Source: Eledone cirrhosa (Eukaryota). Taken from it: DNA of 64,000 nucleotides. The notes beneath the pieces were generated by a model, which was given only the letters and a program-made list of their open reading frames with translations, had not been told where the DNA came from and searched no databases. Below are positions 25,992 through 39,954 of the stretch, piece by piece; within the stretch, counting starts at the first letter, position 1, and every line of letters starts with the position of its first letter. The stretch lies in NCBI GenBank assembly GCA_964016885.1, contig OZ024740.1:157418001-157482000 (forward strand), read 5' to 3'. The translations under genes were made by a program, and so were the position numbers.

Positions 25992-27199
25992 TTCTAGATA
26001 TATAATTTTTTTAGAGTTTCATGCCTGTTTTTCCATTTGGCATGAAGTGGCAGATAATGTGTTATTTTGATGGGATGCCAGTCCATTGCAAGGTTAACCC
26101 CAGCTGCAACTGGTACTTATTTTCAAATATGTGGACTGGAACAATGGCAAATGAAGTATGTTACTGGTAGTTTATTTTATTGTCCCCAGAAGGATGAAAG
26201 TCAAAATTGACCATGGCAGGATTTGAACACAACAAGAAGAGGTGTAACAAATGCTACAAAGCATTTGTCCAGCATTCTCATAATTCTGCCAATCCAGCAC
26301 TCTTGCAGTAATAATGATAATAATAATCCATGCTAATGGCAATGTAGAATTGATTTGATTTGAAAATGGTGGATCTGTGTATTATATTATCATATGCATG
26401 AACTCTCTTGTTTTGTTCTGTCTGATATTTGGTATTTGGCAACAAAATATTTGAAGAAAGCAGTAGTGGCAGTGATTGTAGAGAGAACAAAGGTAATTTT
26501 ATCTAAGATATCTAGTGTGCTGTTTCTAACATGTATACATGCAATATTACAGCCATCATTATCTCAGGCAGCAATACCACATATATTTAGCTGCCTCTCT
26601 TTTCCTTCACATTTTATGGATAACAGGTTTCTTACTTGGTTATTACAGTTAAGATAAATATGCTGAATATATGGTTAGTGATATGATGTGATAAGTGGTG
26701 CTATCATTTGCACAGATGGAGCTGTTTTATTGATTCATTTGCACATAGAGATAAGATGGAAGATTCTAGTCAGAATATTTGTCAGTTGTTTAAACATTTG
26801 GTGTTTGTATGCATATGTATGTAAGACACTGATTCACATCTTAGTTTATTTATTTAGTTGAGGTTTCATTCATATGAATGTGTGTGTGTATTTTCAAATG
26901 ATTTGATGAAGTAAAACCTAATCGATATGTCCAATTGAACAAATAGTAATTTTTTGCCATAATATGTATACATACTTATATCTTTCTTCTTCGCCCAATT
27001 ATTTCTGGGAGGGCCGTGGAGGCAGGGTCCTCAAGCTCACCTTTTAGTGGATTCTGTCACAAGTAACAACTCTCTTATCTCTGAGCTACAGACTCTATTG
27101 AGTAACATTACTCCGAAGACCCTTCAGAAGGACTCCATTTCAGCTGCTTGGTTTCCTACATATGGAAGATTGCTGGGTTTCTGCAGTTACAATCGCTAT

Positions 27200-27770
27200 T
27201 CTCTATATGTGTTGTGTCAGAGTTCTGTCCTTTGGGGTGGTTAAACTCCAGTCCCAGATGAAGTAAATTGGTTCTGTTACAAAATCTGTTACTATTTTTC
27301 TCTTAGGTTGTAATGTTATCTGCAGGTGTATACTCTAGTGCACTCATGTTTTGATTGTGTTTTCTTTCTAACTTGCTATTATTGATCTTGGCTATGTTTT
27401 GCGCAAGGTTTTATGTAGTGGAGTAAGCTAACTTAACAGTATACCTATAAAAATTTCTGCTGTACTTATGGAAATTGGGGAAACATTTGTCAAGGGCCCT
27501 GAAAAAAAGCGGGGCAATGTTAGTTTTAAGCCTAGCGGAATGTGGTCAGTTATACCATACAATATTGTGTGAGCGGGTTTTGTTAAGTTGTTTTATGACG
27601 TTGTGTGTTATGTTGCTGGCAGGGGGTTCCTTACGGTTTGAATATACTCTGGAGGTTGTGGAGGATGTGTTTGATCTTGCACTGCAACCAGTGGCAGTTC
27701 TAATCTATTGTTTATTTGTGGATTCTGTGTATTGATGATTAGAGCCTCTTCAATTTTTAAAGCCACGAAT
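27200..27770 (-). mobile_element. Penelope-like element ORF fragment (RT to GIY-YIG linker)
   Basis: Minus strand translates VWYN*PHSARLKTNIAPLFFRALDKCFPNFHKYSRNFYRYTVKLAYST, matching the PLE pattern IWFNPPF..VKTNI...F..L...FP..H.....FNR.TVK.SYS. Confidence 0.7.
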
Positions 27771-29429
27771 AAACAATAAATTAGAGCTACATGGAGCAGA
27801 TGGCTCCTATGACTGCTCTACACATATGCAATCCAGACACTTGGACCAGTTAAAGAAGAACCATCGTTCATTTTTGTTTTGCATCATTTTTTCTTTTTTT
27901 TTTACATTTGAAAAGATGGTAAGAACCCTGAAATATTATTTTGAAATATACTGGGTGAGAAAAACATTACTTTGTTTTGTTTTATTTGTCATTCTTTGCT
28001 CTTTATATATTTCTTCCACATTATACCAGCTTTCTGAAATACTTATCAATCATTTATTATATATTTTGTAATGCTTCTTATTAACTATATCACTATATAT
28101 ATTTATATATTCGTATTTGATTATAAAATATTTTTCCTTGCCAAGATGTTCTGACGTTAAAAAGCTGCATTATAGAATGGGAAAACACTCTCAAATCTTT
28201 ATTAATTTCTCTATATAACATGAGTGGTACTAAATATCTTAATTTTGTAACATTTTGATTTCTTGTTTTATACACACACACACATATACTTGCATGTCCT
28301 CCTCACCCATCTTTAAAAAAGCTCCCTTTTTTTCTTTTTTCCTCCAATTTTCCAACTTATTTTTTTCCAACCTCCTCTCTCTTGATGAAGGATTAACGTC
28401 CAATATATTGAACCATTTTTTTTTCTTTATTCCCAACCATGAAACTAACAAGACTTTGTTCTTGCATCTCTGTGTTCATAGGAGTTTTTGATCATTTGAT
28501 CATTTGAGCAGCTTTGATTCAAATCTGGCTGGTTGTTTTGGTATGTGATGAGAGCGAAAGATTTTGTGTAAACAGACAGCTAAACATGTTATATTGTGTG
28601 TGTAGTTGATAATACTTCTTTCAGCTTTTCATTGTTGGTGTCTTCAACAGCAGTTTATGAATAGCTAAAATTAGATTACTCATTGAATAAGTATTAGTAG
28701 CAAGAGCTGTTGGTAAACCAAGCACTATTGGATATATATAATCATTTCAAATATATACATGAAAACTTTGTTTCATTCAGTTTCATTTTAGCATCCTATT
28801 TATTGTGATCTTACAAATAATAAATTTCATAGCTCTTTTATTAATGGACAGTTAAACAGTCTTATTTGAAAATAAATTTGGTTAAGTAGTTTCTACCAAG
28901 AAAGTTACATTCGGAAAAGAAGTTGGTGATCTGCAATAGTTTCATGTGGTGGGGGAAGAGTGTATCTACAACTTCATCAATCTATCTTTGATGTCATCTT
29001 CCTCAGGCTCTTAAGCCTATGTAAATTGGTGTTATAGGCCTGCAGGGCTGTCTAATTGATTGGTATTCTAATCAGCTGATTAAACCATTCCGTGTATTGA
29101 GCTATAAACTGGTTAATAGGTATAGCACTAGCCATCTGCCTGTTGTCTTTGTTTCTGACCTGGCCCATTCTGGTCTTGCCAACTATTTGCTGGTGACATC
29201 ATATCTCATAGTTTGAAAGTTTTTGCTCTAGGGCTTTGTTTAGACTAACCATCACAGTGAATGATTAGAATTAAACATTTAATACTGATGCACAGATACT
29301 TTGCTATATAAGAAACTTGTATACACAACATTTTTCAAAATTTACTCTTTCACTGCCAATGTATGGCCTTTATGTACATATTTCTGTCCTTCAAGTCGCC
29401 ATATTTAGAATATGATGCACTTTATTTAA

Positions 29430-29632
29430 CCCTTTAGCATTTAAACCGGCTGTATCTTTCACCTCTTTCTGTTCAAACCGGCCGTAACTGGCCACTCATA
29501 CTGATGTTAAGGTATTGTTCTCAAAATAAATAATATCAAAATATCATAGATTCGATATTATGTGAGATAAAGCCTTCACCACGAAAATACAATAGTATAT
29601 ATAGAGTATAGAGTAATGTAAATGCTAAAGGG
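29430..29632. mobile_element. piggyBac-type MITE
   Basis: TTAA flanks and TIR CCCTTTAGCATTTA. Confidence 0.85.
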
Positions 29633-30354
29633 TTAAGAAAAGAAATTATACAGTAATTTGTAAATTAATTAAATTCTGCATTTACTGATGACTTACATTG
29701 AAACTTAAACTTTTTGTCATGAAGTCAGAAGACATGGAATATGGGACATTTGAACAGAGAAAGACTCGACTAGCAAGTGAGAGGAAAAGAAGACGAAGAG
29801 CTTTAATACAGATCTCAGTAGAAGAATCCACTGAGGCAAAACACAAAGAACTAATTGCTAAAAATGTAGAAAGACAGAATGCAATTAAAAACCATGAAAC
29901 AACAGTAAAAGTGAAGCTAATAAATGGTGAATATTTTAGACATTTATCACCAGAACAGCGTCAACATATGAAGGAACAAAAGGCAAAACAAATTTTAATC
30001 AGGCATCCCCAAATGACTGAAATGGAGGAGGAAATTACAAGTGATGATAATCAGAGCATTGCTACTCCGAGAGAAATTAGAAGGCAAGATCTCAAACTAA
30101 TAATACTTTGTTGGTTGTTTAGTTATGCTAAAAGTGTCATGTTACCTTATATGGAATTACTTATCCTCCCTTTCTTTCTTGCTGTTTATTACTATTCCTA
30201 TATAACTACAACTAATATTTCTTCTTGTACCTTCATCTCTCACTATTATTATTTTATCTCTTATTTGTATTACTGCAACTGCTACCTTCAATGTGGATGT
30301 TTTCATTTGAAGCTAGCAATGTTAATACAGAGAATACTATAATGAGGGGTATCA

Positions 30355-30915
30355 TCATCATGGTTTTTACGTATTTTTTTTATGCTTGCTTGAGTTGGAC
30401 GGGTCATTTTCAGCACAGCACCTCTCCACTCGCTGCCTTCCTTTCCGCGTCTCCTCTGTGAGTCTCACTGATTTGAGATCAGCTCTCACAACCTCTGCCC
30501 AAGTCTTTTTTGGTTTACCTCTACTGCAGCTTCCTTCCACGGGCATTTCCTGGCACTTCTTCACCTAACTATCATTATCCATGTGCATCACATGTCCATA
30601 CCAACAGTCTTCTCTCCTGCACACCACCTTGGGTTCCTCTTAAACCCAACCTTTCCCTCAGTTTGTCCAAGCTCTGCCGTTCTCTCACATTTACATTATG
30701 CATTCAATGAAGCATTGTTACTTCATTTCTCTCCTGCAGTCACTGCCCATGTTTCACTAACATGCAGCATCATACTTTGCACACAGGTGTCATATAGTCG
30801 TCCTTATGTATGTGGGGAGAAACTATTTGTTGTCAACAGTGGGAGCAGCTCTCTAAACTTCTTCCATCTTATCCTTATTCTTGCTATTATGCTCTCAGAG
30901 CACCCTCCTCCACTA
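30355..30915 (-). mobile_element. RTE LINE 3' part, interrupted by piggyBac; continues at 33457-34705
   Basis: GSCSRGKPKKTWAEVVRADL. The upstream part has RKEDRTPIPSGKCPCLICRKGVG and AFVDLEKAFDRV-like remnants. Confidence 0.75.
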
Positions 30916-30919
30916 TTAA

Positions 30920-33452
30920 CCCTTTAGCATTCACATTGAATTGTTCATGTTCATCTATTCACATTATTTTCACTTAATTATACTCAAGAGGGTTATCAAT
31001 TTTATTTGTTTGTAATTACTTTAATTTTCTATGTGCAGACTTGAAATTTTGTCAGTAGATGTTTAAATAACTATAATTTACAATTATATATTTTTACCTG
31101 ATTTCTTTTGTTAAATTTGACTTTTATGGGCAGGTGAAATTAATTAACAGGTGTAAAAGTAATAACTTTATGGATAAACACAAAAATTAAAACTTTATCT
31201 GCCTTACCTGTTAGATTTGTTGCAAAAAAATCCAATAATGACCTAGATGCTGATTTCCATCAATTCTAGCAGTTTTCCAAACAGGTGAATTAATTAAAAA
31301 TGCAGGTGTAATCAGTACAAGTCTTTCTCTACATTCCAGGCAAATATTTTCATTGAAAAAAATGTATAAAACTTTTTCACCAGTCAAAATAATATTGGCA
31401 ATGTACTCTTACACAATGTACGGTGTAAATTTACGTAACAGAATGTTCCCAATATATAAGTTCATTAACAGGTATGACACAGGTGAATGCAGGTGTTTTT
31501 GTATATGTATTCTAATATATTTTTAAAATATTGTTTTCAATATTGTCAGACAATATTTCTATCGTGATACTGCCCAAAACACCCTTTACATAATGGCACT
31601 TTGCAAAAGGAACACATAAATAGGGTTTGGATTGCGTAACCATTAACAGTTTTTCTCTTTTGCAAAGAGCACAATCAGCAAACCTTCCCCCTACCATCAA
31701 TTCTCTCCACTTTGTGAAAATCAATATTTTCTTTGTGAACCACTGCTAATTTTGATTTTTTTCCCAGCTTTGTGTTTGCGAGAAGTATATCCTCCACGTA
31801 GCTGGGATGCAATGTCCACGCGAAACTTCATATGACAGTAGTTCTTTGGTGGTGGCGGATCCTTGTGGCTTTTAGTAAATACAATATAAGAATTCACAAT
31901 GGTTAAATTCACTAAAAACTACAAGATGTATCTCCACCATTTCTTTCCAGTGCGCCCAACTGGGTAATAAGCACAGTACTGGTCAGATTTGTCAACCCCA
32001 CCCATATATTTATTGTAGGAGAGGTTAACTAAAGGTCTACCCTCAGCCTCAACACCTGGTTGTTGGTTAGAACTCAGGAACAAAATTTGTCGTTTGTCTT
32101 TGAACACTGTGGCTAACATGTTCCCTTTTTTGCATTTGGAGAATGTCCCCTCTGTTTTTCAGTTTCGCAACTTTTATTTGTTGGGGTAGTCCTTTCCGAT
32201 TGCTCATTATTGTGCCGCAGGTGTACATATTTACAAGGGCAAGACCCTCTGCTAAAAGCACCGAAGAAAAAAAAACGGTCAAAATATATATGTCTGTGTT
32301 GAGAGTGGAAGGGTTGAGTCAGCGACCACACAACATCGTAACCCAACCCGTGTTTTCTCTCTCCGTTATGTTTTTTCCTGTGTAAACATCAAAGTTTACA
32401 CAATATCCTGTGTCCGATTCACACAGTTCCCACACTTTGATTCCCCATTTGGTGAGTTTAGCTGGCATATACTGTCTGAAATGAACCCTACCCTTATACC
32501 CAATCATAGCTTCATCAACACTAAGATTTTTTCCAGGTATATACACACTTTTAAATTTTTCTGACAACATTTCAATTAATGGTCGTACTTTGTACAGTGG
32601 GTCGTAATTTGATTCATTTCTACCAGGGGCATTTGAAGTATCAACCAGATGCAAATACTGGTTTAATTTGATGAATCTCGTTTTGCCATAATACTAGATA
32701 TATAAGGGTCACCAAACCTTATATCAGTACTCCAATAATTCCACAGTCATCGAAATTGTTTAATACCAAACATAATATTTATGGTAAAAAACGCTTTCAT
32801 TTCAGCAGAATCTGTCGGACGCCATAACAGATCGGGTTTTCCGATATTAGAAATTTGTTGTTGTGCATAGCGATTTGTCTCTTCTGCCACAACTTCGAAG
32901 AAAGTTTGTGGTAAAAATAAAAAAAAATAATCCAGTACTTTAGCATCGGGTGGTAATATGTGTTGTGGTCCAGTATTTTCAGTAAAATCCGAAACATGTA
33001 TCGGGGTGTTGTTTCTTTCAACCACGTTGGTGTTTTTTCAATGGTGTCAGTCAAATCTTCTCTTTCACTTTCAAAGTGACTATCATCATCAGATATATCA
33101 GAAATAAATATATCTGATTCGTTTGAAGATAAATCACTGATATTATCTTCTGTTTTTTTTTTATCTCGAATGTCGTCGGATGTAAAACCTTGAAATTCGT
33201 TGTCGCTACTTTCGGAAGCCATGTTACACTTTCAACATTAAAAACACGTGTTATCGCAAGTTCTTTCACTATATTAAGAGTTAATTTTCGTGCGTAAGGG
33301 CTTTATCTCGCAGTAATCTCGAATTGACGAGATTTCGATGATGTCAAATATTTATTTTTAGAAGGAGATCTCCGTGTGGTATTAAATGTCGGTTTTTGTC
33401 GGTTTGAATAAATGAAAGGGGACATAATCTTGTCGGTTTGAATGCTAAAGGG
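30920..33452 (-). mobile_element. Full-length but decayed piggyBac transposon (2.5 kb)
   Basis: TTAA at 30916-30919 and 33453-33456; TIR CCCTTTAGCATTCA at both ends; internal transposase remnants. Confidence 0.92.
31550..33222 (-). pseudogene. Frameshifted piggyBac (PGBD4-like, DDE_Tnp_1_7-type) transposase
   Basis: Acidic N-terminus MASESSDNEFQGF, DPLYKVRPLI, LSVDEAMIGYKGR..YMPAK..KWGIKVW, HIYFDRFF, YNKYMGGVDKSDQ..KKWWR, and Cys-rich C-terminal remnants split over several frames. Confidence 0.9.
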
Positions 33453-33456
33453 TTAA

Positions 33457-34705
33457 TAAAGTCGCCCTTGTATTCACTTATGTATTCAAGATTTACATTG
33501 TGTATATTGTAGAGAGTTATGCCTACTCCTTTTCTACATATTAAGCAGGGACACTTCCCTGAGGGAATCGGAGTCCTATCTTCTTTCCTACTTACTAGCA
33601 CTTTAGTTTTGGCTAAGTTTACTCTAGCTTTTTTATTCCAAACTCTGTTTTCATAGCTGGAACTTATTTTATGGATTTAGCTATAAGGACCAGATCATCC
33701 GGGTAAAAGTTTCCATGGACAGCCAGTTTTAAACTCCTCTGTCATAGCCTGGAGAACTATGATGAATAGCAGTGGGCTAAGAACTGAACCGTAATGAACT
33801 TCTATTTGTACTTTGAGCTTCTCACTAAACTCACTTCCTGCTCTCACAAGCCAATCCTCTACACCCTATTTCCTTAAGGACCACCAGATAATAAATTGAG
33901 GTACTCTGTCAAAGGCCTTTTCTAGATCAACAAAAGCTAAATATCGTGGCTTATTCTTGGCTAGGAACTTCTCTTGTAGTTTCCACACTAAAAAAAGGCG
34001 GCATCTGTAGTACTTTTCTTAGGCAAGAAACCAAACTGCATCTTGTCTATTTGACTATTTACCAACTTATTATTTCATAACTTGATCTATTAGATTTTAT
34101 TCCTCTGTTGGTGCCTTCCAGTGCTGGGCTCCTAAGCTATGGCTCTGCTGTGAGATGTGTCAGGCTACAAAACTGTGGTTCTGTTGGGAGACGGATTGAG
34201 TGCGGCCAACTGGCCTGTCCCTCTTCATGACGGAGCCATCCAGTCCCACACTGTAAAAGTGGTTGGTGTTAGGAAGGGCATCCAGCTGTAAAATACCCGG
34301 CCAAATTTATAGTCCTCACCGGAGCAAGGTGTGACATGGCTAACCATGGCCAGACTTGCCATCTGGCATGGATGACCCATCTAACCCATGCAAGCATGGA
34401 AGAATTGACACTAAAGGGAAATGATGATGATAATTGCTCCTTTTTAGAGCCTTTGTAGCAATTTACAATTGTACACTGTGTCAGTAATTGGGTATGACTC
34501 CGTCCATTATTACCTGAGTGACTGTGCGAGTTACTAGTTCGACTCCTACTTCTCCCAATGCTTTTAGCATCTCAGCAACTATCTCTGATATTCCTGCAGC
34601 TTTACCATTCTTCATCTCTTCAATAGCTAGTCATTCTGTTGGGAATAATCTCTTTTCCTCCTATTCATTCTCTACATTCATTAATCCTTCATAGTAACAT
34701 TCCAG
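33457..34705 (-). mobile_element. RTE LINE RT region with a nested SINE-like insert (~34110-34432, +)
   Basis: Decayed RT motifs. The insert ends in the RTE-type tail AACCCATGCAAGCATGGAA..GATGATGAT. Confidence 0.65.
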
Positions 34706-34728
34706 GCCTTTTTTTTTGTGTTTTTTAA

Positions 34729-34936
34729 CCCTTTAGCTATATATACTAATGTATTTTCATGGCAAACATTTTACCTCACATAATTATCTCACTTAATATT
34801 GAATCTATGAGATTCTAATATTATTTATTTTGAGAACAATACCTTAATATCAGTGTGAGTGGCCAGTTATGGCCACTTTGAACAGAAAGAGGTGAAAGAA
34901 TTCTGGCCAGATATGGGTGGTTTAAATGCTAAAGGG
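34729..34936. mobile_element. piggyBac-type MITE, opposite orientation
   Basis: TTAA flanks and TIRs; internal sequence is the reverse complement of 29430-29632. Confidence 0.8.
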
Positions 34937-36319
34937 TTAATCAGTCCTGCCTGTGATGCATAGGTAGATGTAATCGTCACCATTCTATTTCCTAAAGCTA
35001 TGATGATGATGATTCTAAGCTTGATAATTCTGTAATTTATTCTAACTACCTATATCACCTTATCTATCCATTTCTCAGCAAGCTGAATACCTACATCACC
35101 TACCCCATCATCATTTCCAGTAGATTTTGTATCTATGCTATTTACTTGTGAGTAGTCATGCTGAGGCACCCTTCCATCTCACTCCTCTTCTTTCTAACAG
35201 TTGCACAATTTCACCTGATTTACCTTTCAGGGTGCCAACATAGAGGTTGGTAGTTCTGAGATTTGTAACTTAACTGATTACTTCCTTGAGTAGCAGTTCT
35301 TTGTACCTGAAAGGGAAAAAGGCAGGCAGATTTTACAGATTACTGGTTACATCATAGTGACTTGGTCTTTCCTTCACTTTATATACATACAAAGAAAGAG
35401 AGAGTGCATGTGTGCATATTATACTACATGAAAACAAAGTCTTCATCAGTTCATTTCTATGATCAACACCACCTAAAAGATTTGATGTCTCATCTAGAGT
35501 AGGAACAAACATAAGATGTGTTATGGACATCAATATTTTACTCAATTATTTTTTATCTTAACTAATGAGTTTTAAGCCTCAGCTCTGCCTGGGAAGACCT
35601 ATGATAAAACATGTTATAGTCGTGAGTATTTTATCAATCAGATTGTATCTAAGACTATATTGTCTAATTTTGCAATTTTTGATGTAGGTCATGTGATCAT
35701 GTAGAGTTTTCACTCAGTTTTGTATTTTTTTTTTCCTGATACATTATCATCAGCACTGTACACAATAATTTCATTATTATTACTCATTATTATTATCATT
35801 GTTTTTACCTCAACTTTTTTCATGCTTTCATGGGTTTGGATAAGACTTTTGAGGCAGTTTTTTTACAGCCCGATGTTCTTCCTGATGCCAACCTATACTG
35901 TATTTAAAAAGAAAAACATTATCAACATCCTCATCATTATTTAACATCCATTTTCCATACTAGCATGGGTTAGACTAGTTGTCCCATTAGAGGCAAGTCA
36001 GGTGAGGTGACAATGTCTTGCTCATACAGAACTGTTTCTGGCTAGGTTTCTAAGGCTGGATGCCCTTCCTAATGCCAACCATATTTACAGTTTGTGCTGG
36101 GTGTCTTTTGTCGTGACTCATACAGGACCACTTTACAGTGTGTTTTGGGTGCTTTTTATTGTGACTTCTACACGATCACTTTACAGTGTGGGCTGGCTGC
36201 TTTTTGTCATACTGCTAATGTTTGAACCTCTTATGCTGGATGACATTTGTAGGGGACATAAACAGTGTCATTGCTCACTTTGGTGTTATGTTGTTTATGA
36301 TTACTATTACCCATACTCA

Positions 36320-37600
36320 CATATATACAGGGTAATAAAATGTAGTTTGCTTGAAGCATTGTATATGTAATAAATAATATACAATTTGGAAAGTGATATT
36401 GTAAGAAAGCTAAACAATGCAAAATGAACAATAAGATGAAGGCAACAAAAAAGTTAGTGATCTGGGAATCTTTGTTGTTTCTTTTGTCATAATATTTTGG
36501 GTCTTAAAATTCCCTTCGTCAGAGTATAAGAAACTCAGAAAAAAAAATTTTCCGGTCTCTTCTCTTTGAAATTAGATTTAAATTGAAAAATTTTAAACTG
36601 TCCATTTTGTATTGTTTAGCCTTCTTACATATATCACTTTCCACATTAGGGTCGGACGCCATGCTTCACAGCAAAGAGTTACGGCCCTTTATAGTTCAAA
36701 TCCCGCCAAGGTTAACTTTGCCTTTCATCCTTACGGGGTTGATAAAATAAAGTAGTACCAGTAATACACTGGGATAATTGCTGGCCTTGTGCCAAAAGTA
36801 GAAACAATTATATATTATATATGCTTGAAGCAATGTATAACATTTTAAAATGATGTTATACAATGCTTCAAGCAAACTACAACATTTTATTACCCCTATG
36901 CCTAAGCCAGGCCCAGTTTGCAGCTATTAAGGAATTATTCAAAATAATCAGAAATATGCCAATGTCAGCTGCCAAATCAACTTTCTCAAAAGTTGCCTCA
37001 AAAACAACCTAATACACAACACAATCAAGAACATACACTTACCAACATGCTTCTACTTACCAAACCTCAAACAGTCACTAGACTACTTACACAAATTCTA
37101 CATCAAGAAAATCAAATAACACTTACACTACCAACTCCACCAAAACATACAAAAAAATCTACGATACACTCAACAGATATGTCTTTAGCCTCGACGTTGT
37201 CTCCCTCTACATGACAATACCCGCTCACCCAGCAGTCAACCTAGTGATGAACTGCATCATTTCATACAACATATACTGCATTGGCCTCATGCCACAAGAC
37301 CTACATCAGCTTCTATCCATCATCGTAGAATATACAATTTCACTTTCCACTACCACACATACATACAAACAAACAAACAGGCCTACCCATAGGATCCAGT
37401 CTTTCAGGCCTTCTGGGCATCACTTATATGAACCAACTGGACGTCGAGTGCTCAACTCCTGTGTCTTCTTCATCCGATACATAGATGATATACTGATCCT
37501 CACATCATCCTGTGAAGAGGTAGACATAATATCTACAACATTCTCAAACATAGATAACATTTATGACATTGTTCTCAGTTATGTTAAATTAACAGGATGA
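36320..37600 (+). mobile_element. Penelope-like remnant: inverted repeat plus RT fragment
   Basis: SLDVVSLYMTIP, YKQTN..P.GS and FFIRYIDDILIL are PLE RT motifs. Preceded by inverted arms 36328-36430 / 36598-36897 with a SINE at 36648-36812 inserted. Confidence 0.7.
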
Positions 37601-39256
37601 GCAACATTGTTCTTAGATAATATGGCTGATAATGAAATGCAAAGGTGCTGGCATATCTTGGGTTCTCTCTTATTGAGTGTGACCTTGGGTCGATGTCTTA
37701 TACGATAGACTCAGACTGATTAATGCTTTATGAATTAATTTAGTAGGAAACTTTAACAAAGCCCATTATATAAGTTAATGTGTGTGTGTTATGTGTCTTT
37801 ATCTGTGGTTGTCTCTTCTCTTTACATTTGTTGTTGCAGATGGTGATATTTATTTACACATTGCATAAACAGATCACACTACTCGGGTTAGATGTGCAAA
37901 GATCCATACCTTGTTTAAAAAAACAAGTGAGAGTTGGCATCAAGATGGGCATCTGAGTTTAGAACAAAAACTTTCATCTAAGCCATGCCAGCATAGAAAA
38001 ACAGAAATAAATTTGACGATGACGATAATAATTGAGAGTTAAGAAACCTTATCTTAAAACTTGTGGTAACCTAGCAACTTGGCCATTTGTGTTCCTGTGG
38101 ATATATTGGTCATTCAATCATGTTTATAATAATATGCTGATCAAACTCCCCCATACATCCTTGCCATGGCATTAGCACCCCTAAATAGGATTGGTTGTGA
38201 AAGTGAAAGTATAGTGCTATAACTATTGAAATTGCTCATTTCAAATCAAGTATGTGTCTACTCTGGAATCTTGGAGTTGATTTCTATTCCTTTTATGGCA
38301 AGTATTTTACAAGCCTCTACCTTTTAAATGAAAATCCCATCTGTCCAATATTCAGTGGTTTCTTTAGTTGGTACTCTAAATATGTAATTTGGTAGCAAGA
38401 GGTGCTGTTATGGAATGCACTATCCCAAAGTGTGTATACTTACTGCCTGCGGAAACTGTATCTCCAATGAAACTCTATTATTAACTATAATCTGCAACAA
38501 GAAGTACAAGTACATCAACCTGTAGCAAATGTCTGCTAGAAAGGGTGTCTTAAATCTGCATGACTTTAGGTGTACTATGGTTGTCTGAATTGTATTAATT
38601 CTTTGATACTAAGATACTTATTCAACTTTCTTTGATTTACTACATTAAATCTTGTCTTTGGTGTTTTATTTATGGAGCCTACATAAGTCAATATGAGGTC
38701 ACTTTCATACATTTTTCCAAAATGGGTTTCAGTATCATCACCACATGGCATAGTGGTGATGTTGGTCCCATGATTATTAAGCTGTGGGTTTGATCCTCAG
38801 CTCATTTGACAAATGACCTTGAGTAATGCAATTGATTTCAGGCTACCTAGGTCTACTCAGTTGAAAATAAGTACCAGTAGCACATGGGATTTGATCTTGT
38901 GATAGACTGACATCTCGTTTGTCTTGTACTTTCACTTGCTCAATGCCAGATGAAAATGATACAGTTATGGAAAGGACTTTTTTTGCTTTATTTTGATATA
39001 AAAATCAATGGGGGTAGGTCAGATAATCATTTTGTAGAAACATATTTCTACAAAAAAATGCACTAAATTAAGCTACATAAGTCATCTAGAGCCCAAAATT
39101 AGCATGGAATCATTGTATTGAGAATGTTGTTTATTCCCTCTAGCTGTTTTATCAACATGTGGAGAGTGAGGTCAGAATTTTTGTTTTTCTTTGAGAAATA
39201 TTGGTTAAATTTCTCCAATGAAAATTACATTGTGCAATGAATGTTATTTTCTAGAC

Positions 39257-39923
39257 CAAAGGTTCTCTCTCAACCCATTTTGGCCAAACGCCCTCTTTTG
39301 CCCCTCGAAATCACGAAATGGCCCCTTACCCTATTTTTCCATTTTTCAATATACTACTGATTTTAATATCAGTAGATTACTCAGCCAAATCAAGTTATCT
39401 TAGATTCTTTAAAAAATACTCGTACAAATTAAATACAAAAAAAAGTTTCAGTCCAAAACAAAAGCAAGCTATTTCAAATTATATATTTTTGAAATAAAAA
39501 AAACATTTGATCTCAGTTGAAAAAGCTTTTTTTTTTTAAATTCTATATTTCACTGTTAGCTGTTGTAATATTTTGAGTGGATAGACAATTCTACAATTCA
39601 AACTGTAAAGTCAAAATACACAAGATGCAAAATATGAAGAAATTCTTACTTTTCTCTTGAATCACAAACTCGAGGGAAAAATAGTACCTTGCAAAATAAA
39701 GTGCCTCGATCACAAACTAAGTTGTAACGAATGAATTGAGATGCTTGGTGACAGTGAACAAACAATATCTGTATCCCTTATATATATATATATATATACA
39801 TAGATAGATACACACACACAAACAAATACGTGTGTGTCTGTGAGTGCCTTGTTTTTGGTACAGAAAGTTTTTATTGCTGGGTCAAAGGTTCCTGCTCTTT
39901 TCAACAACGTCCAATAACAACGC

Positions 39924-39954
<31 letters not shown>

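Noticed and set aside
28375-28460. TTGATGA..GAAAC beside the PLE fragment
   Set aside because: Core mutated and no pairing stems.
29684-29720. CTGATGA..GAAA motif
   Set aside because: No stem II or stem I/III complementarity; chance match.
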